From NCBI GenBank assembly GCA_964538435.1, contig CAZIDX010000001.1:139304-203303 (forward strand): a stretch of 64,000 nucleotides of DNA, given 5' to 3'. Positions 47,553 to 57,334 of the stretch are shown piece after piece (the first letter of the stretch is position 1; the number at the start of each line of letters is the position of its first letter). A program made the position numbers and the translations under genes. This stretch comes from an uncultured Gammaproteobacteria bacterium. GTDB lineage: Bacteria; Patescibacteriota; Patescibacteriia; UBA9934; GWF2-40-263. The notes under the pieces were generated by a model. That model ran no database searches, was not told where the DNA came from, and worked only from the letters and a program-made list of their open reading frames with translations.

Positions 47553-49682
47553 ATGACAGAAAAAACAAAGAAGCACCCAAAACTGCTGCTGATCCTATCA
47601 ATACTCGCATTGTTTACGCCACTTTCAATGTTCCCCATGCTCTGGATGGGTAACCAGTCAGCAACATTCCTTATCTTTTGTCTCATTGTTGAACTCTCCT
47701 TCCCACTATACGCATACCACCTCCTCAAAAACCCAAAGGACTGCCCTAACCTAAAAAGTCCTGTCCTCCTACTCTTCCTGGGGTTCCTGCTCATGTATGT
47801 TGTTTCAAGTCTCTTTGGGATGGATTTCCATAACAGTTTTTGGAGTAACGGAATGAGGTTCACTGGTCATTTCTTGCACATACACATTATCGCATACGTA
47901 CTTTATCTCGTTCTTCTTCTCAAGTGGTACGGGAAAAAGGGCTACAAAACCATTCTTACAACCATCTCTCTCGTTGGAGGTATGGCAGCGCTCTATGGCA
48001 CACTGGAATACTTTGGAATCATACCAACCTATGCACCCGCGTTCCTACCGCGTGCATCAAGCGTATTTGGAAACCCAACATTGTTTGGCTCATTCTTAAC
48101 CATCCCATTCTTCTTTGCAGTACTCGCCTCTCTTCACGGGAGTACAAAGAAAACCATTTGGCTCAATCAAATCCTGGCAATCATTATCCTGGGGGGCGTG
48201 TTCGCCTCAGGTGCACGCGGAGCCCTTGTTGGTATTGCTGTGGGACTAATCGTTGGACTCATTGCACGCACAATCAAAGAAAAGAAAAAAGGGTTGAGAA
48301 AAAAACTTGTCTCTGCAAGTATCCTTATCGCACTTATTGCCGGATTTGCTTTTGCAATCACCTACCACAACTCAACAGAAGGCTCACTTGCCTACCGACT
48401 CACACACTTTGCTACAGAAACCTCATCAGAACGCCTTGTGCTTTGGGGAGTAGCCTGGGAAGGATTTAAGGAAGAGCCGTGGCTTGGACGTGGTTATGAA
48501 AACTACTATCAAATCGCGGAATCAAACTTCAATCCAGAACAATATCAATACTCAAACATTTGGCCTGACAAGCCTCACAACCAACTCCTAGAAATCCTAT
48601 CTACTGGTGGAATTTTCGTATTCATTCTTTACCTGCTTCTCCTAGGATTCATGGCAAAATCATTTTGCTCATCCTCAAAACAAAACAAATTTTCACACAC
48701 AGATTCGAGCGTGCTCCTTGCGGCTCTTGCGGGATACATAGCACAATCTGTCTTCTTGTTTGATACGGTCGCAAGCTGGATTACTTTTTCAGTTCTTTTG
48801 GCTCTTGCTCTTTACACAGAACGCGCTGCGAAACGCGAACACAAAAACGGCAAACTTCCAGCATGGACAAAAAAGGTGCTACCTGCACTCCTCCTTGTTG
48901 GATCACTCACTCTCATCTTCTGTATTCTCCGACCTATTCTTTTAGATCTCTACAAGATTGATAAAGCAGCCGACCTGCAGATGACAGACATGAATCGCTC
49001 AATTCAACTGACTCAAGAATTTGGCTCGCATGGATTTGAGTTCGATTCAAATATTGCAGCCTCAACCACCAAATCAATCCTCACGACAGCATTCATATTC
49101 TCTGAGTTTAGTGCTGAACAACAAACAGCACTTCTTGAAACAATGATCGAACAATACGATCGAACCATCGAGCTCCACCCTGAACGCGCAGCATTTCTGT
49201 ACGAATATATTGCTTCAGAAATTCCCGCTTATCGATACATGAAATTAGAGCCACAGATCGAAGAGTGGATTGAGAAACTTGATAAGCTAAAAGCCTTAGT
49301 TCCAAACCGAAAAGAAATTCCGGGGGTGTGGGCTCAGATCGGCCTCGCATACTTCAGTATCGATATGCGAGATGAGGGCTTAGCCTATCTCAGAGAAAAA
49401 GCCGAACAAAACCCAGAAACAACATCGTACAAGGACCTAGTTTTTGCAATGACGGGATATTACACGAGCAATAAACTCTATGAGACCACAGCCTTCTTGT
49501 TTGAAATTTTAATCGAGGAATATCCAGAAGACCCTCAATTCTACGCCAGCCTCGCTTCCACATATCATGTTATGGGCGACATAGAAAAAGCAATTGAAAC
49601 CGCAGAGCGACTGCTTGAACTTGGAGATCAGCATCAAGAAAGCGTCGATTGGTTCATGGAACAAATCCTAGCAGAAGAATAA
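47553..49682 (+). CDS. O-antigen ligase/polymerase-like (Wzy_C) membrane protein with C-terminal TPR repeats
   Basis: About 10 TM helices, a conserved periplasmic loop ...RLVLWGVAWEGFKEEPWLGRGYENYYQ..., and TPR-like helical repeats at the C-terminus. The terminator aaaaaaccggctcaggccggtttttt follows. Confidence 0.65.
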   Translation: MTEKTKKHPKLLLILSILALFTPLSMFPMLWMGNQSATFLIFCLIVELSFPLYAYHLLKNPKDCPNLKSPVLLLFLGFLLMYVVSSLFGMDFHNSFWSNGMRFTGHFLHIHIIAYVLYLVLLLKWYGKKGYKTILTTISLVGGMAALYGTLEYFGIIPTYAPAFLPRASSVFGNPTLFGSFLTIPFFFAVLASLHGSTKKTIWLNQILAIIILGGVFASGARGALVGIAVGLIVGLIARTIKEKKKGLRKKLVSASILIALIAGFAFAITYHNSTEGSLAYRLTHFATETSSERLVLWGVAWEGFKEEPWLGRGYENYYQIAESNFNPEQYQYSNIWPDKPHNQLLEILSTGGIFVFILYLLLLGFMAKSFCSSSKQNKFSHTDSSVLLAALAGYIAQSVFLFDTVASWITFSVLLALALYTERAAKREHKNGKLPAWTKKVLPALLLVGSLTLIFCILRPILLDLYKIDKAADLQMTDMNRSIQLTQEFGSHGFEFDSNIAASTTKSILTTAFIFSEFSAEQQTALLETMIEQYDRTIELHPERAAFLYEYIASEIPAYRYMKLEPQIEEWIEKLDKLKALVPNRKEIPGVWAQIGLAYFSIDMRDEGLAYLREKAEQNPETTSYKDLVFAMTGYYTSNKLYETTAFLFEILIEEYPEDPQFYASLASTYHVMGDIEKAIETAERLLELGDQHQESVDWFMEQILAEE

Positions 49683-49708
49683 TCAAAAAACCGGCTCAGG
49701 CCGGTTTT

Positions 49709-50149
49709 TTATTTGCCAAGTTGTTTCATGATCAGATCAACACCCTGCTGGATATGCCGAAACCGATCAGAACCCAGATGGACCCCACCATACCAACGCG
49801 TCACCACTACACAAACATTCACAAGATTTGCTTTTCGCAGCGCACGCAAAATAATCATACTCGCACCTGTTTCACCATCATCCCCCTTCCTTTCAACAAC
49901 TGAACCATCTTGAACATAACGCGCCGCAAACATATTATGCGTTGCTTTTGCGTACTTCTTATTTGTTTTCATAAGAGCGAGAAAATCTTTTAACCCCCTG
50001 TCGCTTTCCACTCTTCCTCCAGATACAGCGTACTTTGATCCACGATCAATCGTATAGTGATGTACCTGAACCCAAGTATGCCTAACATCATTTTCATTTG
50101 AAAACAACATTCCAAGTTGATCAGTATTCATACCATTCAATTTTACCAC
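49709..50149 (-). CDS. IMPACT/YigZ (UPF0029) family protein
   Basis: VVVTRWYGGVHLGSDRF matches the family signature. Confidence 0.6.
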   Translation of the reverse strand: MVKLNGMNTDQLGMLFSNENDVRHTWVQVHHYTIDRGSKYAVSGGRVESDRGLKDFLALMKTNKKYAKATHNMFAARYVQDGSVVERKGDDGETGASMIILRALRKANLVNVCVVVTRWYGGVHLGSDRFRHIQQGVDLIMKQLGK

Positions 50150-50195
50150 TTCAACAATAACAAATAGAAAACCCCCGCCAAAGCAGGGGCTCGTT

Positions 50196-51269
50196 TCAAC
50201 CCCAGTGAATCTGTCTCTGATGTCGTATCAGAGCTCGCTTCACTGCTCGAAGCTGGTCTCGTATCTCACTCTCCTCGGTGGGAAGAGGCTCGAGAAGAAA
50301 TGGACATTCACTGAGCACAGCCCTCACATCTATGTTGCTCGGCCCCTGATCCACTCGGGCTGGATCAAGTCCCAGCATGGTAGGCGCGAAAAGCTCGTTC
50401 ATGGTGAGCAACGTATACTCACGCGTCTCAACGAAACTCTGACCCACGTCTCCGACCACACATCCCTCCTTGCCCTGCCAGACCTCCTCAGCCACCTGAG
50501 CGTAACGCTCAGAAGCGATTGTCTGCTCATGAAGCAAGCAAAGATCTGTGAACGTCTTTCCTGAAGAAGGCCCCTTCTCCTCAGTCACGTGGAAGATGGC
50601 CTGTGATAGAACCACCATCAAGTCCATACCGTGCTTCTTGCAGGACTCCCAGGTCCGAGCAACGCCCTGCCACGACCCAGCAGCCACAAAGAGAATGATT
50701 CGCGCAGGCATGCGCCCACCTTCCTCCTGCGCCTTCTGAGCAATGAATTCGACCATTGCCTCACCAGTCGACCCGGACGCCATTGCCCCTTCGGCAATGA
50801 TGATATTCTCGGCAAAGAAGTAGCCCTTGTGAGAATCCCTCACCACCGCCTTCCACACACCGGGCGACACTTCCCTGCGCCCCGCCTCCATAAAGGACGT
50901 TTGCAAGGGAAGGATGTTGTGCTCATCAAAGAGATCAGCCATCCCCTTCCACGCGCGAAAGTACAGACCCCCGTTGAGCGGAACCCATTGCGCGAAGTTG
51001 CCGCTGAGATCACGGAGTTCATCACCCACCGCCCAAATCATGCTGCGTATCAGGTGCTTTGCAGCACGAATTCGATCACGTCCCATGACCATACGATGGA
51101 AGAACACCTCTCCAGGCGCCGATTCCACAACGTACATACGAGGTGGGAACGCGTCTGGTCTCAAGCGAAAATTCATTCGCAGACGAACCGTGTCCAAATC
51201 CCATTTGGTAATGGAAGGTTGACCAGGAACACGTACCTCCTGAGGCACACCAACATCTTCAAGAAGCAT
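50196..51269 (-). CDS. Hypothetical G+C-rich protein with a possible type-I PRTase (UPRTase-like) region
   Basis: AAAGGAGG RBS before the ATG at 51269. IIIAEGAMASGSTGEAMVEFIAQ...ARIILFVAAGSWQGVA loosely resembles Upp DPMLATGGSVIATIDLL...IKVLVLVAAPEGIAAL. The terminator ends GGGGGTTTTCTATTTG. Confidence 0.4.
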   Translation of the reverse strand: MLLEDVGVPQEVRVPGQPSITKWDLDTVRLRMNFRLRPDAFPPRMYVVESAPGEVFFHRMVMGRDRIRAAKHLIRSMIWAVGDELRDLSGNFAQWVPLNGGLYFRAWKGMADLFDEHNILPLQTSFMEAGRREVSPGVWKAVVRDSHKGYFFAENIIIAEGAMASGSTGEAMVEFIAQKAQEEGGRMPARIILFVAAGSWQGVARTWESCKKHGMDLMVVLSQAIFHVTEEKGPSSGKTFTDLCLLHEQTIASERYAQVAEEVWQGKEGCVVGDVGQSFVETREYTLLTMNELFAPTMLGLDPARVDQGPSNIDVRAVLSECPFLLEPLPTEESEIRDQLRAVKRALIRHQRQIHWG

Positions 51270-51378
51270 GTCGCCTCCTTTCATTGCGCCCAAACCCTAG
51301 CAATACTCTGTTTTTTTGTAAATAGTTCTACAAAAAGCTTGTTGTTCGTGATACCATCACAGTTGAATACTTCACACT

Positions 51379-52227
51379 ATGCCCAAACGAATAGCACCCA
51401 TTAAAAAACTGAAAAAAACACGCTCACTAACAGAGGTGATCAAAAAAATCTATTCAAACATTGCATTTGAAAAAAAGAATTTTGAAAATCTCTATCCTCA
51501 AGAATTCAAACAAAAGTTCTTTTTTTACTATCGTGCATTTGATTCTTTTTCTGCACTCAGGCTCCGCTTCTACAAAAAAAGGCTACAACAAGCCCTGGAT
51601 CTAGCAAAAGGAAAACGCGTATTGATTGTTGGTAGCGGATTAGGAACCGAAGCATTTCTTTTCCGAGCACAAGGCGCAGTTGAGGTCACAGGAATTGATA
51701 TCGATCCAATATTCATATCTCTTGCAAATCAGAGGTCAAAGGAATGGAGAGCAAAGAACGTCGAATTCATTGAAGAGAGCGTCTTTACGTACCAACCAAC
51801 CAAAGCCTTTGACCTTGTGTTTATAATGGAAACGTTTCACCACATCATTGAGGAACAAAGAGGAAGTTTCTTTCCAACTGTTTCAAAATTTCTCACCCCC
51901 AACGGCATTGTCGTCGTTAGTGAACCAAATGGCTCCAACCCTCTCATATTAGCAAAACTAAAAAGCCATGACTGCATGACAGGAGTCAAAAAAACGCTTG
52001 GCAGGTACCAAATGACAGACGAAATGGTTGTACCTCTTTCAACAATTAAAAAACTCATGGACCAATCAAATTTCAAGATCGTCGAATCGTCTCGTTATCG
52101 AGTTATCCCAGGCACACCCTGGCCAACTCTTGATCGAATTCTGGCCTTTTTCGAACCCGTACTTGAAATGCTGTTGCCACTTAGCATCATAGGAATCGGC
52201 TATACGATTGTTGGGAAAAAGAACTAA
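51379..52227 (+). CDS. Class I SAM-dependent methyltransferase
   Basis: Motif I VLIVGSGLGTE, an acidic residue at the end of beta-2 (GIDID), and motif IV-like FIMETFHH. Confidence 0.7.
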   Translation: MPKRIAPIKKLKKTRSLTEVIKKIYSNIAFEKKNFENLYPQEFKQKFFFYYRAFDSFSALRLRFYKKRLQQALDLAKGKRVLIVGSGLGTEAFLFRAQGAVEVTGIDIDPIFISLANQRSKEWRAKNVEFIEESVFTYQPTKAFDLVFIMETFHHIIEEQRGSFFPTVSKFLTPNGIVVVSEPNGSNPLILAKLKSHDCMTGVKKTLGRYQMTDEMVVPLSTIKKLMDQSNFKIVESSRYRVIPGTPWPTLDRILAFFEPVLEMLLPLSIIGIGYTIVGKKN

Positions 52228-52270
52228 AATAGGTTTCCTGCTTTGCAGACGAACGGTATACTTCTACCAT

Positions 52271-52831
52271 ATGAAACATTTTCTACTTTTTCTGATGTTA
52301 ATCTCATCAACCCTGATTCTTTCTGGCTGCTCAAACCCTGAACCAACCATCACAGAAACTACCGAGACCCAACTCGAAGAACTGACCGCGCAAGCAGAAC
52401 AGATGAGTCAGGAGTTAGAAGCTACACAACGAGAGCTCGATGAACTTCTCCAAGAAGTTCAAGATAATACTAAAGTCGACACAAACGAGCAGGACTTACT
52501 CAATGATCTCGCAAACTCTGAGACTGTTTCAACAAACACCGGAGCATCTCAAGGAAGCTGCGACAGTATTACAGAAACATCTATCTGCACAGAATATCTT
52601 GGAGAATGGGATGAAACTGAAATGAAACTTCACTGTGTATCAGAGGAACGTTTCTCAACAGCATCCTGTCCATCTGACGCGCTTGGAGGATGTAGTATAA
52701 TCATGGGAGAAAACAGTAGCCTCACCTCTTGGTACTACAACTACGGCAGTGATCCAGTAAGCAGTGACTCAATAGTACTCTCAGAACTCCTGTGCACCAC
52801 AACCCCAGGCTCAACCTGGATGACAAAGTAA
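52271..52831 (+). CDS. Lipoprotein with a coiled-coil region and a Cys-rich C-terminal domain
   Basis: Signal peptide plus lipobox LILSGC. A Glu/Gln-rich heptad segment, then six Cys residues. Confidence 0.45.
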   Translation: MKHFLLFLMLISSTLILSGCSNPEPTITETTETQLEELTAQAEQMSQELEATQRELDELLQEVQDNTKVDTNEQDLLNDLANSETVSTNTGASQGSCDSITETSICTEYLGEWDETEMKLHCVSEERFSTASCPSDALGGCSIIMGENSSLTSWYYNYGSDPVSSDSIVLSELLCTTTPGSTWMTK

Positions 52832-52909
52832 ACAAAAAAAGCAGGCCTCGCGCCTGTTTTTGTTTGACACATTTTGTCTTACCCCATATTCTCAAAATAT
52901 GGAGGTCTA

Positions 52910-53191
52910 ATGGATGAAAAACTTGTTGAACGCCTAGAACAGGCTGTACGCGACGCCTCACTCCTTGTTTCTCGCATGGAGCGCATTACTGAATCATTCT
53001 CCGGCACAATCAGAGAGTTCTCTGCTTCTGCCACCAAAATGTACGAAGCAGCAAGAGCCAACGACGCCGCATCTGTACGAAACCTTGAAGCTGCACAAAT
53101 CAACGACGCTGCCTCTATGCGTTTCCAAGAAGCTGCGCGCACCATGTCAGCAGCCGCATCACGCATCCAGGCCGCATCCTCTCGCCGCTAG
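52910..53191 (+). CDS. Small Ala-rich protein built from ~14-aa repeats (xxxEAARxNDAAS)
   Basis: GGAGG RBS. KMYEAARANDAAS / VRNLEAAQINDAAS / MRFQEAARTMSAAAS / RIQAASSRR. Confidence 0.45.
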   Translation: MDEKLVERLEQAVRDASLLVSRMERITESFSGTIREFSASATKMYEAARANDAASVRNLEAAQINDAASMRFQEAARTMSAAASRIQAASSRR

Positions 53192-53217
53192 CAACGGATC
53201 TCCGTTGCTTTTCTTTT

Positions 53218-53279
53218 CCCTCACAAAAAACAAGGTGGTGGTCGTCTATTCTGCGAGACGGCCCGGCTCCGCCGAGGGA
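53218..53279 (+). repeat. Hairpin-embedded conserved element, copy 4 (core 53233..53273)
   Basis: The core differs from copies 2 and 3 at one position (tattctg vs tatcctg). Flanked by ccctc...gaggg. Confidence 0.7.
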
Positions 53280-53368
53280 ACTTATTTCAGTACTACAGTG
53301 AGCGTATTGACAAAACCCTCATTTTGTGGCACTATTCCTCACCACTGTTTCCCGAAAGGAGCAGAAAC

Positions 53369-53812
53369 ATGAATCAGTTCTTCGCTCGACTCCTGAGCAT
53401 CCGTATCTTCCGAGGTCAAAGCACGACCACCAAGCAGAAGAACGCACGCGCGTTCACGATCGAGATGACTCCTCTCACCGACGAGTCTGCCCAATGGGCC
53501 TCCAAGTACTGGAACACGGACGAGGGCGGCATCTTCTACATCCGCGCCTGCTACGCCCCCAGCTCCGCAATACCCAACGACGGCATGGCACTGCGGTACA
53601 TGGAGCGACACCTCACCGAGTTCCGCTCAGGCCGTCTGCGCTTCGAGCTCAAGATCGCCCGCCCCGAACAGACCCCCACGCTCGTGGATGACATGGTGCA
53701 GGAGTTCCCACCCAGCATCCTCATCACCCGCCGCAACATCGTCCGCATCTCACAGGACGACGGCACGAACGACGGCATCGACCTGCTCAACGAACTGGGC
53801 ATGAGTGCCTAG
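53369..53812 (+). CDS. Hypothetical 147-aa protein (G+C-rich cassette)
   Basis: AAGGAG RBS. The terminator acccgcagc...gctgcgggt plus T-run follows at ~53835-53875. Upstream TTGACA at ~53307. Confidence 0.5.
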   Translation: MNQFFARLLSIRIFRGQSTTTKQKNARAFTIEMTPLTDESAQWASKYWNTDEGGIFYIRACYAPSSAIPNDGMALRYMERHLTEFRSGRLRFELKIARPEQTPTLVDDMVQEFPPSILITRRNIVRISQDDGTNDGIDLLNELGMSA

Positions 53813-53919
53813 ACATCGGCAATCACGCGCCGAAAACAACGGACCCGCAGCCTTACCAGCTGCGGGTCATGTTTTTATCCACTTGCATATTGCATACAAA
53901 AAAGTAAAATCAATGACAT

Positions 53920-54915
53920 ATGACAAAAGAAACAAGAAACATAACACCTCAGGAAGCCCCACCAATGAACCAACCACAACCTGAAGAGCAGCAGGCTCAG
54001 CCCCCTGAAGCTAAGACAGAACTTGAAATCATGGACGAGTTTTATGCTCTTTATGAATCCCTCGAAACAACAATGCAAAATCACCACGTCGTCCTCAGAC
54101 TGAAAAAAAAAGCTGACGATGATGTTATTACGTTCGCCTCTGCACTTGAGCAATTGAAAAAAATTATTGAAAAAAGAAAAGAAATTCAAGAACAAATCGA
54201 GATTACCTGGAAGCATCCAGAATATAATCTTCGTCAAGAAACAATTAATCAATTAGGTCGTGAGATTAGAGCGGCTGTCAGCATTCCAGCCGGACTGCTT
54301 GGTAATGGAAAAGATGGTCTGGTGTATTCGTTTCGAAGCGAAAACCGCAACCTATGTATTAAGCAGATGAGCACTGATGCAAGACAAAACAACGAAAGAC
54401 TATTCAAAAACAGAACAATTGATTCTGTAATAGCGAACAGAACATCAGCTCTCATAAAGAAAGAATTAAAATTCATGAATACTCTTCGAAACTTGGAAGT
54501 CGATGGTGTTCGCACACCAAAACCTTTGTTTGCATTTAAATCCGATGTCATGCGTGGAATTGTCATGGAAGAACTGCATGCCATGACCATGCAAAGAATT
54601 GTTGAAGGTCAAACAACCCTTGGAATTAGAGATGAACTGCCAGAAAATTTTGACATAGACGACTTCTTCAGCCGACTCAGAAGTTACATCATTGCAATGC
54701 ACAAAAAAGGAATCATTCACGGCGACATTGCACTCAGAAACATCATGATTGATCGAGAAACCGGAGCGCCATATCTTATTGATTTCGGTGATTCAAATTT
54801 TACGCGTGATAAGGATTTGGGTTCAAGAAAAGCCCTGGAAAACGACGATCTAAAAAAACTACGAGACGAAAAACAGCGTCTAAAGGAATGGATGGATCGA
54901 CGTGCATCCAAATAA
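53920..54915 (+). CDS. Atypical protein kinase-like (RIO/Kdo/LPS-kinase-like) protein
   Basis: Catalytic loop IIHGDIALRNIMID and metal-binding YLIDFGDS. Gly-rich loop candidate GNGKDGLVY. Confidence 0.55.
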   Translation: MTKETRNITPQEAPPMNQPQPEEQQAQPPEAKTELEIMDEFYALYESLETTMQNHHVVLRLKKKADDDVITFASALEQLKKIIEKRKEIQEQIEITWKHPEYNLRQETINQLGREIRAAVSIPAGLLGNGKDGLVYSFRSENRNLCIKQMSTDARQNNERLFKNRTIDSVIANRTSALIKKELKFMNTLRNLEVDGVRTPKPLFAFKSDVMRGIVMEELHAMTMQRIVEGQTTLGIRDELPENFDIDDFFSRLRSYIIAMHKKGIIHGDIALRNIMIDRETGAPYLIDFGDSNFTRDKDLGSRKALENDDLKKLRDEKQRLKEWMDRRASK

Positions 54916-54936
54916 TATTGACAAAATTTCAACCCT

Positions 54937-55200
54937 ATGGTAAACAATACAGCTCCATCAACCCAAACAGAAGCGGAGGACGGCATGTTCCAACCTGCTG
55001 AGGGTGTCTTGGATGACGCCCGCACGATCGCTGAAAAGATGATCAAGGCGGGCGAAACGCACGCCGCCTACCCTGAAGACGGAAGGCCGATGTTCCATGT
55101 GACGTCGGATGAATCACTTCTCGCCTCAGTGCTGGGCGACTTCGAGATCGACGACACAACCATCTACTTCGGCTTCCTCAGGAATGCCGATGAAAAGTAG
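54937..55200 (+). CDS. Small acidic protein (G+C-rich cassette)
   Basis: Complete ORF followed by the hairpin ccaccgtttcccggtgagg plus CGTTTTCTAATTC. The start may be the internal ATG at ~54985. Confidence 0.35.
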   Translation: MVNNTAPSTQTEAEDGMFQPAEGVLDDARTIAEKMIKAGETHAAYPEDGRPMFHVTSDESLLASVLGDFEIDDTTIYFGFLRNADEK

Positions 55201-55280
55201 CCGCACTCTCGAACCACAACGCCCCACCGTTTCCCGGTGAGGCGTTTTCTAATTCAAAAATGCTATTCGCTCAAGCTTGA

Positions 55281-55769
55281 TCAATCAACCAACTCCACCC
55301 CTGCTTCCTCTGCCATCCCTTCAAGATTATGTTTCAACCGCTCTTCTCCCTGCTCAGTATACGTTGATCTTTGCACAATTATCCCCCTCTCCTTCGCAAA
55401 CCGCATCGTCTCCTCAACAAGCCTCTTCGAATATCCCTTTTCTTGAAACTTTGGATCAATCGACATAAACGAAATCCAATATGTGTTCTCACGATACGGA
55501 CTCTCTTCAAGCTCAGCCAGCCCCACAACAACTTCCCCCTCTCTAACCAAAGGATAGAACAGCTTTTCCCTACGTCTTAACACCTTTCCAATATCAAAAT
55601 ACCTAAACACACCATTGTCCCGTCCGCTACCAAACCTTTCATCCTGAGGCATTGGCTCACCTTGATAAACCATATCAATAATCTCAGATCCAGATACTGT
55701 CTCAGCACTAACCACTAATTTATCCTTTGATTCCACTGACAGTCGACTCCTTTCACCTTCGCCAGCCAT
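55281..55769 (-). CDS. GNAT-family N-acetyltransferase
   Basis: Motif A FQEKGYSKRLVEETMRFAKERG. Confidence 0.5.
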   Translation of the reverse strand: MAGEGERSRLSVESKDKLVVSAETVSGSEIIDMVYQGEPMPQDERFGSGRDNGVFRYFDIGKVLRRREKLFYPLVREGEVVVGLAELEESPYRENTYWISFMSIDPKFQEKGYSKRLVEETMRFAKERGIIVQRSTYTEQGEERLKHNLEGMAEEAGVELVD

Positions 55770-55773
55770 AGTT

Positions 55774-56178
55774 CTATGCTCTCAATTCTGCCACAGCTTC
55801 ATGTACGAGCGTTTTTAATCTGGCAAGAATCTCAACAATCTCTCCTGGACCATCAATATGTGGATTTGTTTCTGAAACAACATCACTTGACATGCGATCA
55901 AGATGGGGTAGATGTCCTTCTAATTTGTTGACCCAATCCTCTCTCTCACTCTCATCAGCTTCAAACGCAGAGTTGATTTGCTGAAAAATTGCATCTGCCG
56001 TTTCATCTGCCCATCCCTCATCCTTATCTTTGTTTAAAAGCTCAATCACCTCAGCTAGCCGTTCTCGTAAGGTAGTAGGAACATTCTCATTTTTTCCAAA
56101 ATAACTATCAAGTGGCCATGGTTCTCGCACCCACTCATCAGCAGGGGGCTGATATCCCTCCGTTCCTAATTCAGACAT
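55774..56178 (-). CDS. Hypothetical acidic protein
   Basis: Complete ORF, 134 aa. Confidence 0.35.
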   Translation of the reverse strand: MSELGTEGYQPPADEWVREPWPLDSYFGKNENVPTTLRERLAEVIELLNKDKDEGWADETADAIFQQINSAFEADESEREDWVNKLEGHLPHLDRMSSDVVSETNPHIDGPGEIVEILARLKTLVHEAVAELRA

Positions 56179-56235
56179 ATTTGTATGTATTACAAGATTT
56201 AGATGTAAGTATTCTACTCCTCCAAAGTCAATCTC

Positions 56236-57297
56236 TCAACCCTCCTTTTTTACCACCCGGACACCTCCACGGATCCTAAGCTCAAGACTCAGAGGAGGCT
56301 CTATCCCTGTTTTCGCAAGAACATCTTTCATGCGCTCATCAAAAAGACGCGTCAACTCCTTCTCTCGCTCTTCCTGTTCCTGATACGCTTCATTGGAATC
56401 TGCGACAAAATCCCTACTACGATAATGCAGTTGCGGCCAATCATCCCATCGCTGAGCCACATCCGGTCCAACACCGCGCCCAAGCATATCCGTCACCTGA
56501 TCTGGAGACTCAAACACGATTGCAAAGTACAAAGCCAAAATCTCTTGACCGTTCTGATAATCAAAAAGGTTTGTTACGTATTTTTTCATGAACGACTCAC
56601 CCCTTTCAGCTCTTGCTCTTACATTATTTACATCATTCATTACTATCTGAGATCGCCCTTCAATACCATTCTTTATCAACTCTTTCTGACTTTTCCCACC
56701 AGCTATAAAATGAGGAATTTCTCCAAACGAACCATACACAAACTCTTCCGCATGAATAAGCGTGTCCATAACACCATAACTGGAAACCTCGCCAGTTTGA
56801 TCAGGGCTCAAAAATTCATCAAAATCATTTTTGTCTGCGCGTACTGGAGTTAACCCTCGAACAAACTTTTGAAACAACTTAAGCTTCTTTCGTTTTCTCA
56901 AAAACTCCCCTGGCCTCAAAAGAGTGACTCCATCAAAATACAGTTGTCTCATTTCATCTACTTGCAAAGCAGACTTTTCACGTAGCACCTCATGATTTCC
57001 ATTTTCAAAAATCTCTTCCACCAACCTTGCAAGCTCGTTGTCTTCTTTTATCAAATCAAGCTCCCTTTCTAATGCGGGCACATCCCCATCATCAGAAAGT
57101 CGATCCTTGATATCTGCCATCTTCCTCTCAGACTCAGCTTTATCAATTGCAAAAGCCTCAGACACAAGCACGCGCTTATCTGGTCGTTTCGCAGCAGAAC
57201 GCTCTATCTCACGCTCTTGCACCACGTCTCGACCATTCTCGACATGGGGAGTTTTTCGAAAAATATCAAACATATAGCTTACAAGACAGTATACCAA
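56236..57297 (-). CDS. Hypothetical protein (353 aa)
   Basis: Complete ORF with no confident motifs. Confidence 0.4.
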   Translation of the reverse strand: MVYCLVSYMFDIFRKTPHVENGRDVVQEREIERSAAKRPDKRVLVSEAFAIDKAESERKMADIKDRLSDDGDVPALERELDLIKEDNELARLVEEIFENGNHEVLREKSALQVDEMRQLYFDGVTLLRPGEFLRKRKKLKLFQKFVRGLTPVRADKNDFDEFLSPDQTGEVSSYGVMDTLIHAEEFVYGSFGEIPHFIAGGKSQKELIKNGIEGRSQIVMNDVNNVRARAERGESFMKKYVTNLFDYQNGQEILALYFAIVFESPDQVTDMLGRGVGPDVAQRWDDWPQLHYRSRDFVADSNEAYQEQEEREKELTRLFDERMKDVLAKTGIEPPLSLELRIRGGVRVVKKEG

Positions 57298-57334
57298 TTT
57301 TCATGCTATTTTAAGATCAATAACCAAAGCACCT

